64,000 nucleotides of DNA from Acidobacteriia bacterium UBA6623 (GCA_002433055.1 DJHJ01000026.1:12447-76446); one strand, 5' to 3'; positions 10,637 through 20,456 are shown, numbered from the stretch's first letter. Numbers and translations are program-made. The notes: a model not told the origin generated them from the letters alone.

Positions 10637-13432
10637 TTATTCCAGTAGGTCTGACTCTCCGCAGTTCTGTAAAATCCACCTTCGTGAAGCCTTAAGAAGC
10701 TCAATCGCCGCGTCAAAATCTGCTCCCCGCGGAGGAGATATAGGGTTGCCCATTTTCACTTCGACTGCACCATGCCGCAACAGAAAACTGCCATCGCGCA
10801 GCAGAGAACGTGTACCACACAGAGCAATAGGAATCACTGGAATGCCAGCCGAGACAGCGGCCGTAAAAGCACCTAGTCGGAAATCTCGCAACCCTGCTTC
10901 ACGGGAAAATGTACCTTCCGGGAAAAAAAATAGTCGCTCGCCTCGCTCTACGGCTAAAGTCATCACGGCACTATCTTTGATGCTTTCACTGACGTTCATT
11001 CGTTCAATAAAGAAGACACCTATCCGTTCCAGTGTCGCGCCAATGACCCAATACCTCTGAAGTTCTTTCTTGGCCACAAATCGAACTCTATTCGGCAATA
11101 TTGCAACAAGCAGCAATGCATCTAGATAACTGGCGTGATTGGAAACCATTATGCAGTTGTGTTGAACGAGATGTTCCATTCCATGCGGGTGCACGGAAAT
11201 ACCGATAAGTCGCAAGGATATTCGGCAAATGGCTTGGATTACCCTCCATCGAGGAGTCGAGCCAGGAATAGCCCAGACGCTTAGAGTTGCGATCGCGGCA
11301 CCACAAAATAAAATCAATCCCGCATATATTCCGTAACTAACCTGTATCGAACGTCGTAAGAGTCTGCGTGCCCAATGTAAAAAACCGCGGGCAGCAAATG
11401 AACAAATCTGCCACCACCCAGAGTAACTTTGCCCGAGAGCACCACGCTGATACATGCTTCGTGCAGTAGCGCGTCTAATTTTCCCGCTAGACGTTTTTGG
11501 GAGTGATCGCGGCCTCACGCACAGAACTTCATCGACAACGATATCAAGCTCCCGGACAACCGCTGCTGTGATTTTGGCACCGAGTGCAGTGAGTTGGTCA
11601 GAGTGTGTTTCACGCGTTTCCGCTACTAAAATCAAGCGTTCTGTTCCAGATTGTTGATCGAGATCAGCAAAGACCGCAACACAACCTCTGCGAACCATAT
11701 CAATTTGGCTGGCAACTTCTTCCACTTGATGTGGGTAAATATTTCGACCAGCTTTAATAATTAAATCTTTCGATCGGCCTGTAAGAAATATTTCTCCAGT
11801 TGCAATATATCCGAGATCTCCACTATTGCACCATGATCCATCCAGTAAGTCTTTTGTAGCTTTTTCATTACAAAAATAGCCGCTCGTGGAGGAAGGTCCA
11901 CGAAATTGTATGTGTCCTTCGTGTCGATCAGGAAGCTCATTGCCATTCGAGTCAATAACACGTACCTCATGTCCGCGAAGTGGCTGCCCGCATGAGACGA
12001 CTTCCATCACATCATTGTTGTTGTTTTCTTGAAGGCGTGCGATTCCATAGACCGCCAGTGAGTCCCGATGAATTGATTCAATTAACGGCTTCCGTGATTT
12101 CGCAGGAATAGTTAACGCAAGGCAATTTTCAGCCATCCCGTAAACTGGAACCATTGCCGCTGAGCGAAACCCAATCGAAGAAAATTTTTCTGTGAACCTC
12201 CTTATTGTCTGTGGGCTGACTGGTTCAGCTCCATTAAACATAAGGCGTACGGAATCAAGCCTTAGTCGCTCAACTTGTTCTGCTTTGATTTTTCGGACGC
12301 AAAGCTCAAAGCCAAAATTTGGCGATGCGGAAATCGTGGCGCTGTACTTATGTATTGCTCGTAGCCATTGTTCGGGGTGGGTCAAAAAAGTTAATGGGGA
12401 CATCAACACAGACGGCACTCCGAAATAGAGCGCTCCTAGCCACGTGCCAATCAGCCCCATATCGTGATACATTGGCAACCAACTGACAGCCACATCCGCG
12501 GAGGTAATATCGGTGCGCCGTCCGGTTTCGCGAATATTCGCGAGCAAATTGGCATGCGTTAATCGCACTCCTTTCGGTTGCCCAGTGCTCCCTGAGGTGT
12601 ATTGCAAAAGGGCAAGATCCTCCCCTTTCGCATGTCTCAAGTCGTTCGGTTTTTGGTTCCCAGTAAGCCCTGTCACTGTTGCGACAAACTGTAGTGTGTG
12701 TACATGCGCGCTCAGCATCTTTGCAATGCCGTGCGTGGTGGAGAGCGTCACAAGAGCAGCAACGCTCGCATTACGTAAAATATCGACTTGTCGTGTCAGA
12801 TGATCTTCTAAACGAGAGAGGCTGACTGGTGGGTAAATCGGAACGGGAACACAACCTGCTCGTAAGATTCCAAAGAAAGCAAATAGGAAATCTTTTCCTG
12901 TCGGCAACATCAACGCGATTCGGTCGCCATGCGCAATACCCCGCCCTAAAAGCGAAGCGGCAATTACTGACGATTTTTTTGCAAGTGTTCCATAACTTAT
13001 TTCTGCATTTTCATCATGCTCATCCCAAAGAAATACATGTGGTCGATTTGGATGGAGGTCTGCATGCCAATCAAGTGCGTCGAGTAGTGTAGATGCCTCG
13101 TTAGGTGTCGCTACATCGACAGGGCTTATTAAAGTTTTTCTTGGTGGGCGTGTTGAGCCTTCATCATTTTGTGTGGCCGATAGTACGCCCGTCAATAACT
13201 CTTGAATTGTTTCACTCTCTGCCGCAAGATCTTCTGACAGGTGTACATCGAACTCTTGCTCTAAACGACTTAATAGCTCAACACGTCCCAAGCTATCCAA
13301 GCCAAGATCGCGATCGAGTCGACTTTCTATCGTTAGTGGTAAGTCGTACGTATCTCTACGTTGTGGTTGCAGTTCCGTCAATAGCGTACGAATTACGAAC
13401 CAAAATCGATCGATCTTTTGGGAATTTTTCAT
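10637..13432 (-). CDS. Trimodular acyl carrier domain + fatty acyl-AMP ligase + 1-acylglycerol-3-phosphate acyltransferase
   Basis: DLGLDSL phosphopantetheine site; YTSGSTGQPKG, WLPMYHDMGLIG, YGMAE, PKTSSGK; NHASYLD and FFPEGT PlsC motifs. Confidence 0.85.
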   Translation of the reverse strand: MKNSQKIDRFWFVIRTLLTELQPQRRDTYDLPLTIESRLDRDLGLDSLGRVELLSRLEQEFDVHLSEDLAAESETIQELLTGVLSATQNDEGSTRPPRKTLISPVDVATPNEASTLLDALDWHADLHPNRPHVFLWDEHDENAEISYGTLAKKSSVIAASLLGRGIAHGDRIALMLPTGKDFLFAFFGILRAGCVPVPIYPPVSLSRLEDHLTRQVDILRNASVAALVTLSTTHGIAKMLSAHVHTLQFVATVTGLTGNQKPNDLRHAKGEDLALLQYTSGSTGQPKGVRLTHANLLANIRETGRRTDITSADVAVSWLPMYHDMGLIGTWLGALYFGVPSVLMSPLTFLTHPEQWLRAIHKYSATISASPNFGFELCVRKIKAEQVERLRLDSVRLMFNGAEPVSPQTIRRFTEKFSSIGFRSAAMVPVYGMAENCLALTIPAKSRKPLIESIHRDSLAVYGIARLQENNNNDVMEVVSCGQPLRGHEVRVIDSNGNELPDRHEGHIQFRGPSSTSGYFCNEKATKDLLDGSWCNSGDLGYIATGEIFLTGRSKDLIIKAGRNIYPHQVEEVASQIDMVRRGCVAVFADLDQQSGTERLILVAETRETHSDQLTALGAKITAAVVRELDIVVDEVLCVRPRSLPKTSSGKIRRATARSMYQRGALGQSYSGWWQICSFAARGFLHWARRLLRRSIQVSYGIYAGLILFCGAAIATLSVWAIPGSTPRWRVIQAICRISLRLIGISVHPHGMEHLVQHNCIMVSNHASYLDALLLVAILPNRVRFVAKKELQRYWVIGATLERIGVFFIERMNVSESIKDSAVMTLAVERGERLFFFPEGTFSREAGLRDFRLGAFTAAVSAGIPVIPIALCGTRSLLRDGSFLLRHGAVEVKMGNPISPPRGADFDAAIELLKASRRWILQNCGESDLLE

Positions 13433-13577
13433 TGCAATTTAGTGACTCATGCAATGGAGCACTGTGAGTCTAACAAACCAATGGTCAATCCCATGTACAA
13501 AAACTGCTACTTTGTTTCCGTCAAGCGATGCAAGCAGGTGTCGATAGCTTCGGTATCATGGTTTTGATTACTTGGCA

Positions 13578-14015
13578 ATGAAACGACTTTTATCAATTGG
13601 TTCGCTCGCACCTGACTTCACTTTAGTCGACGATTCAGGCCGTGTGGTTACCTTACACGAATTCCGTGGCAAGTCGCCCGTATTGCTTGTTTTTTACGTC
13701 ATGAACGCTACTCCTGGTTGACGACGTCAACTTTGCCAGTTGCGGGACAACTGGAAAAGATTTTTGAATTGTAATATTGATATCCTCGGTCTTAATCCCG
13801 GAGGTATGTCAAACCATCGCAGCTTCCGTGCAAAACATGATCTTCCTTTTCGGTTGCTCGTCGACAAAGGGAAAAAAGTGGCATCACTCTATGGCGCAGG
13901 TGGACTGCTGGTAAAACGAACAGTTTACGGCATAGACCCGCTCGGACGAATTGCATATGCTGCACGAGGTATGCCCTCACCAGATGAGATCATTGCTGCG
14001 TTAAGTACGACATGA
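13578..14015 (+). CDS. bcp: BCP/PrxQ peroxiredoxin, predicted selenoprotein (TGA 13719-13721 read as Sec, residue 48)
   Basis: ATG 13578 gives MKRLLSIGSLAPDFTL...LVFYVMNATPG-TGA-RRQLC, in frame with the listed 13740..14015 ORF (LPFRLLVD, KRTVY). Confidence 0.85.
13731..13759 (+). promoter_or_regulatory. Candidate bacterial SECIS element
   Basis: CTTT-G-CCAGTTG-CGGGA-CAACTGG-A-AAAG hairpin; G-rich apical loop starts after a 21-nt spacer from the in-frame TGA. Confidence 0.7.
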
Positions 14016-14096
14016 CGACCAAAGCGTACTCGTGTTTCGGAAGAGCCACAGGAGTGATTTCGCGTAATCTCAGGCCCGCAGAGCGCACATCGTCCT

Positions 14097-14537
14097 CTAC
14101 AAAGAAGCCTTTGCCTCCGTCTCTCTGTTGTAGATCGGCTGTGCGTCTTTTCCGGGGTCTGCTTCGTATTTGGATGCACACTTCGCTTGAATCCTTCTTG
14201 CCTCAAAAACGCCATCCGCTCTCAGGTTGCCATCACATAACGCCTGTGCACGATCACGAAATGTGTCTGGAAGTGGATCGATCCCAACATAAACAACCGG
14301 CAATTTTATCTCTTCTTGTTCGATTGTAAACGTGACATTATTTCCCGAACGAACAATAGAGTTAGGCTGCACGTCACCACCAACACGAAGCCGTTTACTC
14401 GTCGTAGGATTCATGGCCTGCAATTCCTCAATAGTCACATAGTAGGTAGCTGTTTCATTAATTCCTGAAACCCCTAGCCATGTAAGCATCCCAACAATCA
14501 CCACGGCGATCAATCCGAACTTTAACTGAGTATTCAT
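14097..14537 (-). CDS. ccmE: Cytochrome c maturation heme chaperone CcmE, CxxxY type
   Basis: N-terminal TM anchor, YYVT, LRVGG, PDTF, AKCASKY; start set at ATG 14537. Confidence 0.88.
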   Translation of the reverse strand: MNTQLKFGLIAVVIVGMLTWLGVSGINETATYYVTIEELQAMNPTTSKRLRVGGDVQPNSIVRSGNNVTFTIEQEEIKLPVVYVGIDPLPDTFRDRAQALCDGNLRADGVFEARRIQAKCASKYEADPGKDAQPIYNRETEAKASL

Positions 14538-14639
14538 GTCTTCCCCACCGGTATAACCTATACCAAGTACCAGTATAGCCGTTGAGGCAATCTCGCACGC
14601 CAATTTACTTACTGGCGAGCCCCATTGACTCCGATGACC

Positions 14640-14999
14640 CTAGTGTTGTTTTTTGATGTAAGAGATGATGGTTTCAATTTCCTCCGCAGTCAGGCGGTCT
14701 ACATAGGGAGGCATGACATCTCCACCGAATTGAATTTTTATTTTCACGTATGGAACATTGGGCTCACCACCTGAAAATGGAAGTGTTTCATTTTGAAATA
14801 ATCTAAACAGTGAGGGCCCTAGCTTCTGGGTTTCTCGCTTCTCTATATCATGGCAGACAATGCAATTTTCCCGGTACAAAGCACGGCCCACTTTTGTCGT
14901 ATTTTCCCATGGTGGTGCATTCTGATCACCCTGTAGTGCAAATGGAATACACAGCAGTGACACGACCCGTATCAATGTCAGCGAATGCAAGGATCTCAT
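14640..14999 (-). CDS. Monoheme cytochrome c (ActE-like position)
   Basis: CIVCH heme motif, distal MPPY, signal-like N-terminus; ATGA overlap with the upstream gene. Confidence 0.8.
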   Translation of the reverse strand: MRSLHSLTLIRVVSLLCIPFALQGDQNAPPWENTTKVGRALYRENCIVCHDIEKRETQKLGPSLFRLFQNETLPFSGGEPNVPYVKIKIQFGGDVMPPYVDRLTAEEIETIISYIKKQH

Positions 15000-15499
15000 G
15001 ATTTTTCCAATGTATCCACGTCCATAGCGCCGCAACCCTGCAACATATTTACAACGGTATCCACATCAGCATCACACTCAATTTGTAGAATCATTCCCGA
15101 TTCCGGTAAATCTGGCGCAGGGCATCTACTCTTCTTCATTAATCCACTTTCCCAGATAAACATAAACACGGTACCCAAGATTGCACCTGCCATGGTCAAT
15201 TCAAAGGTTACGACTCCGGTGGCCCACCCCGACGTGAGTGGCATTCCTCCAGTCACAAGAGGATAGTCGCGCTGCGTGTAGTAAATGAAGGTTGTGACCA
15301 GCGACCCCACAAAGATGGCGGCAAGGACAGCGATCAAGGACATCTTACTCGTTCTGTCGAGTACGCCGGGTTTTAGCTCAACAGGCTTACTTGAAAATAT
15401 TTCCATTTGATTCGCATTCGTACCGTATTGACGCAGTAGTGCAATTGCGCCGGATACTTGCTCGACATTACGAAACGCAGCATTAATGATCATCTTCAT
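14996..15499 (-). CDS. actD: Alternative complex III subunit ActD (DUF3341)
   Basis: Two TMs, DYPLVTGGMP, VTFELT; position after actC. Confidence 0.8.
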   Translation of the reverse strand: MKMIINAAFRNVEQVSGAIALLRQYGTNANQMEIFSSKPVELKPGVLDRTSKMSLIAVLAAIFVGSLVTTFIYYTQRDYPLVTGGMPLTSGWATGVVTFELTMAGAILGTVFMFIWESGLMKKSRCPAPDLPESGMILQIECDADVDTVVNMLQGCGAMDVDTLEKS

Positions 15500-16799
15500 A
15501 CTCCCAAATTGCGATGATTGGAAACGCTTTCACAAACAATAGATAGAGTAATGCCATCGCGGCAAAAGTACCGGCAGTTATCGACCATTCAACCCAGGTA
15601 GGGGTATACGCACCCCACCCAGACGCAAGAGGTGGATGGGAAAGTGTCGGAACCACAATGAGAAATCGCTCCAACCACATTCCGACTAGTACCGATACAC
15701 TTGCAAGGCAGATCGTGGTGATCGTCCGTAATTTTCGAACACCGAGTAAGATGAATGGAATTATGAAATTGCAAGTGACCATGCACCATAGCGCACTCGC
15801 AAATACACCATGTTCACGCACATTGAAAACATTGATTTCCGCAGGGTTGTTTCCGTACCAAACCGTCAAATGCTCCGCAAAGGTGAAGTACATCCAGATT
15901 AACGACATCAATAGCAGCAATTTTCCTAAATTGTCAAAATGTAACGGACGCAAGTAGTGCTGCAAATGTAGAAAATGTCGCAATGCTGCCATCACAAGAA
16001 CTAATGCTGCTATGCCGCTAAATATTGCACCTGCAACGAAGTAGGGCGCAAAAATGGTGCTATGCCACATCGGCGCAACGGACATCGAAAAATCAAACGC
16101 AACAACGGAGTGCACAGAGACTGCCACGGCCAGAATCATGCCAGCCATGAGCTTCATCGCTCGTTCCATGGCGTGCCATTGTCGATCACTACCGGTCCAT
16201 CCGAGTGATAATTTTCGGTACAGAAAACCTCTAACCCCTTGTGACCGCTTTGCCATCATTGCCAAGTCTGGGATGAGCGGCAAATATAGAAATAACACGC
16301 TTCCGGTCATATAGGTGAATATTGCTGTCATATCCCACACCAATGGTGATCGAAAATTTGGCCACAGTAATCGATCGTTTGGATATGGTATCAACCAGTA
16401 AAATAACCAAACTCGCCCGAGGTGAATCAACGGAAACATTCCACCAATCATCAAACAAAAAACAGTGATTGCTTCCGCCGCACGCGTAACTGGTTTTCTC
16501 CAGCCAGCATCAGTAAGGCGCAATATTGCAGAAATCAGTGTTCCGGCGTGAGAAATACCAATCCAGAACACAAAATTGATAATGTAAAAACCCCAAAAAA
16601 CAGGGCGGTTGATCCCTGCAACTCCAATGCCATAATGGATTTGATAACCCCAAGCCACCAGTGCCCATATCACCACGGCAGAACATAACACAACAGCTGT
16701 CAGGTATTGGCCACTAGCGCCCGTGAGTGGGCGCAGCAGATCTCGGCGCACATTGTTTTCCGTGGTCTGTTCTCCCGAAAACTCGACAGCTGCTTCCAT
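15483..16799 (-). CDS. actC: Alternative complex III membrane subunit ActC (NrfD family)
   Basis: FVFWIGISHAGTLISA, RAAE, HLGR, NFRSPL.WD, SVHS, WHSTIFAPYFVAGAIFSG. Confidence 0.9.
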   Translation of the reverse strand: MEAAVEFSGEQTTENNVRRDLLRPLTGASGQYLTAVVLCSAVVIWALVAWGYQIHYGIGVAGINRPVFWGFYIINFVFWIGISHAGTLISAILRLTDAGWRKPVTRAAEAITVFCLMIGGMFPLIHLGRVWLFYWLIPYPNDRLLWPNFRSPLVWDMTAIFTYMTGSVLFLYLPLIPDLAMMAKRSQGVRGFLYRKLSLGWTGSDRQWHAMERAMKLMAGMILAVAVSVHSVVAFDFSMSVAPMWHSTIFAPYFVAGAIFSGIAALVLVMAALRHFLHLQHYLRPLHFDNLGKLLLLMSLIWMYFTFAEHLTVWYGNNPAEINVFNVREHGVFASALWCMVTCNFIIPFILLGVRKLRTITTICLASVSVLVGMWLERFLIVVPTLSHPPLASGWGAYTPTWVEWSITAGTFAAMALLYLLFVKAFPIIAIWEYEDDH

Positions 16800-16829
16800 A
16801 TATGCTTCTAGGCTTTCTCGCGAGACCCT

Positions 16830-17570
16830 CTAGTCACCTTTTTCAAGATAAAAAACTCGCGGCTTCGTCCCAAGCTCATCAAGCAGTTGCTCGGATCTTC
16901 CGGACTGACTCCACTGCGACACCTTGCTGTTCTTATCGGTAAGATCGCCAAAGACCATAGCTTCCGCGGGGCATGATTGCACGCACGCCGGTTGAATATC
17001 ACCATCCGCAATGTCATTTCCATCTGCACTAGCTTCTCGTTTGCCTCGTTGAATTCGTTGCACGCAAAAGGTACATTTTTCCATCACACCGCCCGGGCGA
17101 ACGGACACATCAGGATTGAGCTGCAAGTTCAGATCTTCTGGCCAAACAGGGTCATACCAATTGAAAAACCGAACGGTGTATGGGCAATTATTGGCGCAAT
17201 AGCGCGTACCGACACATCGGTTATAAACTTGAACATTCAAGCCCTCCTCGTTTTGGTATGTGGCGTACACTGGACAAACTGGTTCACAGGGGGCATCATC
17301 ACATTGCTGACACATAACTGGCCGAAATTTAACCTTTATGTCAGGAAATTCACCCTCGTAATAGCGATCAATACGAAGCCAATGGTTAGTCCGCCCTTCC
17401 GAAGCTGCGGTTTCGTCCGACAGTGGAATGTTGTTTTCCGCATGGCACGCAATCACACAAGCTTCGCAACCCGAGCAACGATCTAAATCGATTGCCATAC
17501 CCCATTGGGGAATATTAGTCTCGTCACTTCGCGAAGAGTCCGTTTCAATTTGAACTAAATCCATGGACAT
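16830..17570 (-). CDS. Iron-sulfur subunit ActB2 (DmsB/NrfC-like)
   Basis: CSGCEACVIAC, CQQC..APCEPVCP, CVGTRYCANNCPY, EKCTFC...PACVQSCP. Confidence 0.9.
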   Translation of the reverse strand: MSMDLVQIETDSSRSDETNIPQWGMAIDLDRCSGCEACVIACHAENNIPLSDETAASEGRTNHWLRIDRYYEGEFPDIKVKFRPVMCQQCDDAPCEPVCPVYATYQNEEGLNVQVYNRCVGTRYCANNCPYTVRFFNWYDPVWPEDLNLQLNPDVSVRPGGVMEKCTFCVQRIQRGKREASADGNDIADGDIQPACVQSCPAEAMVFGDLTDKNSKVSQWSQSGRSEQLLDELGTKPRVFYLEKGD

Positions 17571-17623
17571 CTTGCTTCCTCCTAATTGTTGTTTCGATCA
17601 CGCGATACGATTTGGCTCTACCC

Positions 17624-19789
17624 TTACATGCGCTCGTGTAAAATCTCACGATCGTTATTCGTAAACTGTAATAATCCGTGGTGACGATCTAATTTTTCAA
17701 TCACAACGAACGTCGCCCCCAACGCCGGTACCCCTGTCTTCTCTTCGCAACTATCATCTAGTAGCTCAAATGGATTTCCACCTTTCCCGGATGCGTACCG
17801 TCCGTACTCGGCGTGACCTTGACCCGCGGCCATGCTCACCACATTTGGAATTGCAGCCGGATGCACATAGATCACGGCTTCGATAGATCCGCTACTCGAA
17901 GTAACCCGCACGGCATCACCATTGACGACATGTAGTCTTTTTGCCAATACCGGATCTACCTCAAGAGGAAAACCCCACATTGAGCTTGAGGTTGGATCCG
18001 GTAACTGCTGTAACCAAGGGAGATGTGAATCAGAACCAAAGCCAAATTGTATCGATGGGTACACCTGAAATTGATACGGATATTTGTTACGCAATCCAGT
18101 GTTTTTGACTGATCCCAAATCTGGCAAAAAAGAGGGATAACTCTTTGAGGTTTCGACTTTTGACTCCTTCCAGCTACCACCGCTACGCTCTGCGAGCGAG
18201 ACAAATTCTTCTTCTGTGGTATCACTATCAGCAAAATTGTGTGCTTTAAAGAAATCCTTAAATGCCGTCACTGAGCTATAGTCCATGATCTTCCGATCAA
18301 GCTTCGTCGCCAGCTCAATCAAAACTTCCTCAGTCGCACGGGTATCATGGAGAGGCTTGACAAACGCGCGCGACCCATTAATTGCACTATGGCCCGATAC
18401 AGCAGGAACAACTACTGCGCTTGTCTCCAAGTTATCGTGATCTGGAAGCACAAAATTTGCACGGTGTGCACTCTCATCTAGTACTGATGCGAAACTGATC
18501 ACAATTTTGCCTTCAAGTAACGCATTGGTGCCAGGGAAATTGTGAATGGGGTTAACGCGATCCAATATGACGACTTCGGCATTTTTTAACCGTTGGTCGA
18601 GATTGGCAAAATGTGGACGTGCGTCTTCAAAGGTATCAATCCCCGCGTCAATGCAAACTCCTCCCACTTCTCCGATGTTTCCAAGGAGTACATTCAGGGA
18701 ACTGGCCGTCAACACAGCATCAACCGAATTCGGTTGTACAATCGATGCGCCAGATACAACTAACGGTACTTCTGCTGTCGCTAAATGCTCAGCAGCGATC
18801 TTCAGTTGACTCTCATTAAGTCCAGATTCCTTTACCGCACGTGGGAAGTCAACTGCACTAAAAAAATCATGTACTTTAGCAACAGTGTTGTTTTTTTTTA
18901 GTCCACCCTGAGTCAATAAATATCCAATTCCTAATGCCAGCGCGTGCTCTCCACCCGGTGCAACCGGTAACCAACGATCAGCACTCCATGCCGTCTGTGA
19001 AAATCTTGATTCTGCGTGAATGAGTTGTCCACGAATCCCAGAGCGGCCACGCCTAAAATGCCCAAAACGACGGGCATAGAGAACCGGTGATATCCAACCG
19101 CCCAGGAAATCCGCTCCTATGCTGAAAACGTTTGTCGCATTTTGAATTTCATATCCGGGAAGACTAGCACTTCCGTAGAGCATCTGAGCCGCCTGTCGTT
19201 CAACTGCAAAATCACCTAGCCCAATTGTTGTCGCCGAATTAGCGCCAATCGCTTCCAGGAAACGCTTAACGACGACCGCACGCGTCCCTGTCCCCGGCTC
19301 TGCTAGGTAAACAACACTTGCTGGATCTCTCTGGATAGCTTCCGACAACGCTTCAGCAACTTCTTCCAGCGCAGTCGTCCAAGTTACTTCCTCAAAGTTT
19401 CCCTTCTGCCCGCTATTATTCCGGAGAGGTCCGCGAACACGGTCCGGGTGGTATAAGCCCTGCACGGCCGCTTGACCACGCCCACATAGTCGACCCCCAC
19501 TCACTGGGTCGAGGGGGTTGCCTTCAATTTTTTTAACAGCAGCGATACGTTCCCGAACTTTCTCTCCCTGGACTTCTATCTCACGTTCCGCTTCCATAAC
19601 CCGGAGGATCGTTCCGCAGCCAGCACTGCAGTGTCCGCATACGCTTGGATGCCATGATTCCGTGCCTGGTACTATGGCTTCTTGTGAAACTAGTAGCGGG
19701 ATAAGCTCCTGACCTTGTTTGCCACAAGCGCCAGTTATCGCACCGCCGGACGCGGTACCAACAAGCTTAAAAAAATTTCTTCTGTCCAT
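17624..19789 (-). CDS. Molybdopterin-oxidoreductase-fold subunit ActB1/QrcB-like, Tat lipoprotein
   Basis: MDRRNFFK Tat motif with ITGAC lipobox; CGHCSAGC...LCGRG; PWLQQLPDP; GQGH. Confidence 0.82.
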   Translation of the reverse strand: MDRRNFFKLVGTASGGAITGACGKQGQELIPLLVSQEAIVPGTESWHPSVCGHCSAGCGTILRVMEAEREIEVQGEKVRERIAAVKKIEGNPLDPVSGGRLCGRGQAAVQGLYHPDRVRGPLRNNSGQKGNFEEVTWTTALEEVAEALSEAIQRDPASVVYLAEPGTGTRAVVVKRFLEAIGANSATTIGLGDFAVERQAAQMLYGSASLPGYEIQNATNVFSIGADFLGGWISPVLYARRFGHFRRGRSGIRGQLIHAESRFSQTAWSADRWLPVAPGGEHALALGIGYLLTQGGLKKNNTVAKVHDFFSAVDFPRAVKESGLNESQLKIAAEHLATAEVPLVVSGASIVQPNSVDAVLTASSLNVLLGNIGEVGGVCIDAGIDTFEDARPHFANLDQRLKNAEVVILDRVNPIHNFPGTNALLEGKIVISFASVLDESAHRANFVLPDHDNLETSAVVVPAVSGHSAINGSRAFVKPLHDTRATEEVLIELATKLDRKIMDYSSVTAFKDFFKAHNFADSDTTEEEFVSLAERSGGSWKESKVETSKSYPSFLPDLGSVKNTGLRNKYPYQFQVYPSIQFGFGSDSHLPWLQQLPDPTSSSMWGFPLEVDPVLAKRLHVVNGDAVRVTSSSGSIEAVIYVHPAAIPNVVSMAAGQGHAEYGRYASGKGGNPFELLDDSCEEKTGVPALGATFVVIEKLDRHHGLLQFTNNDREILHERM

Positions 19790-19833
19790 AATCGGTCTGT
19801 TTGTTCGATCTACTATTCACTGCAGTGCCACGC

Positions 19834-20295
19834 TCAGTAGTGGCAGACTACACAATCGTCGCTTGCTTGATTTTTTCGATGGCAATTTACACATGTTCCC
19901 ATCGTGTGCTTAATGACGGGCATGGCCACAGTCATTTCACCAACATCCCCGTGACATTCTACGCAGTTGATGCCTGATTGAACATGGGCAGCGTGGCGAA
20001 ATTTAACTGCCGCCAATTCCTCAAACCTATACACTCTGATCCAAGGGATTTCATGTCCACGTTTTGCAAATTCCCGCAATTCAGCCACGCCTGGTGCATC
20101 CACTGCAATTTTTTCATGGCACAGCATGCATTTCGTCACAGAAGGGAGCTCAGCTGCTGCTGCAGTATCGGCCGTGCTATGGCAATCAACACATTCTAAC
20201 CCTTGATCCATGTGGGTGTTATGCGGAAACTCGATAGGTTGCTGTTGGCCATAGATCACTCCTGTTGTCAGCAGCACAAGGAATAAAAATCTCAT
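19834..20295 (-). CDS. actA: Pentaheme cytochrome c, ActA-like
   Basis: Five CxxCH motifs (CVDCH, CMLCH, CVECH, CVNCH, CVVCH); QPIEFPH, IPWIRV, FRHAAH. Confidence 0.85.
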   Translation of the reverse strand: MRFLFLVLLTTGVIYGQQQPIEFPHNTHMDQGLECVDCHSTADTAAAAELPSVTKCMLCHEKIAVDAPGVAELREFAKRGHEIPWIRVYRFEELAAVKFRHAAHVQSGINCVECHGDVGEMTVAMPVIKHTMGTCVNCHRKNQASDDCVVCHY

Positions 20296-20456
20296 AGCAA
20301 GAATTGGTCTTTCGAAGAATCCCCCACGCGATCGGTTATTGTACCAAGTGCAGTATAATCATGCCGATCGCTGCTGTTGCTGCTAATTACTGCCAAAATG
20401 ATGAGTTAGGTACTTGAGACGCTCATGGGACACACCATGCGACTCAGAGGAGCACG

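Noticed and set aside
10637-13432. ElbD-type ether lipid synthase
   Set aside because: No acyl-reductase domain, and the carrier domain precedes the ligase
13719-13721. Peroxiredoxin pseudogene with a premature stop
   Set aside because: The only stop is TGA at the catalytic Cys position, with a SECIS-like hairpin and intact flanks; Sec recoding fits better
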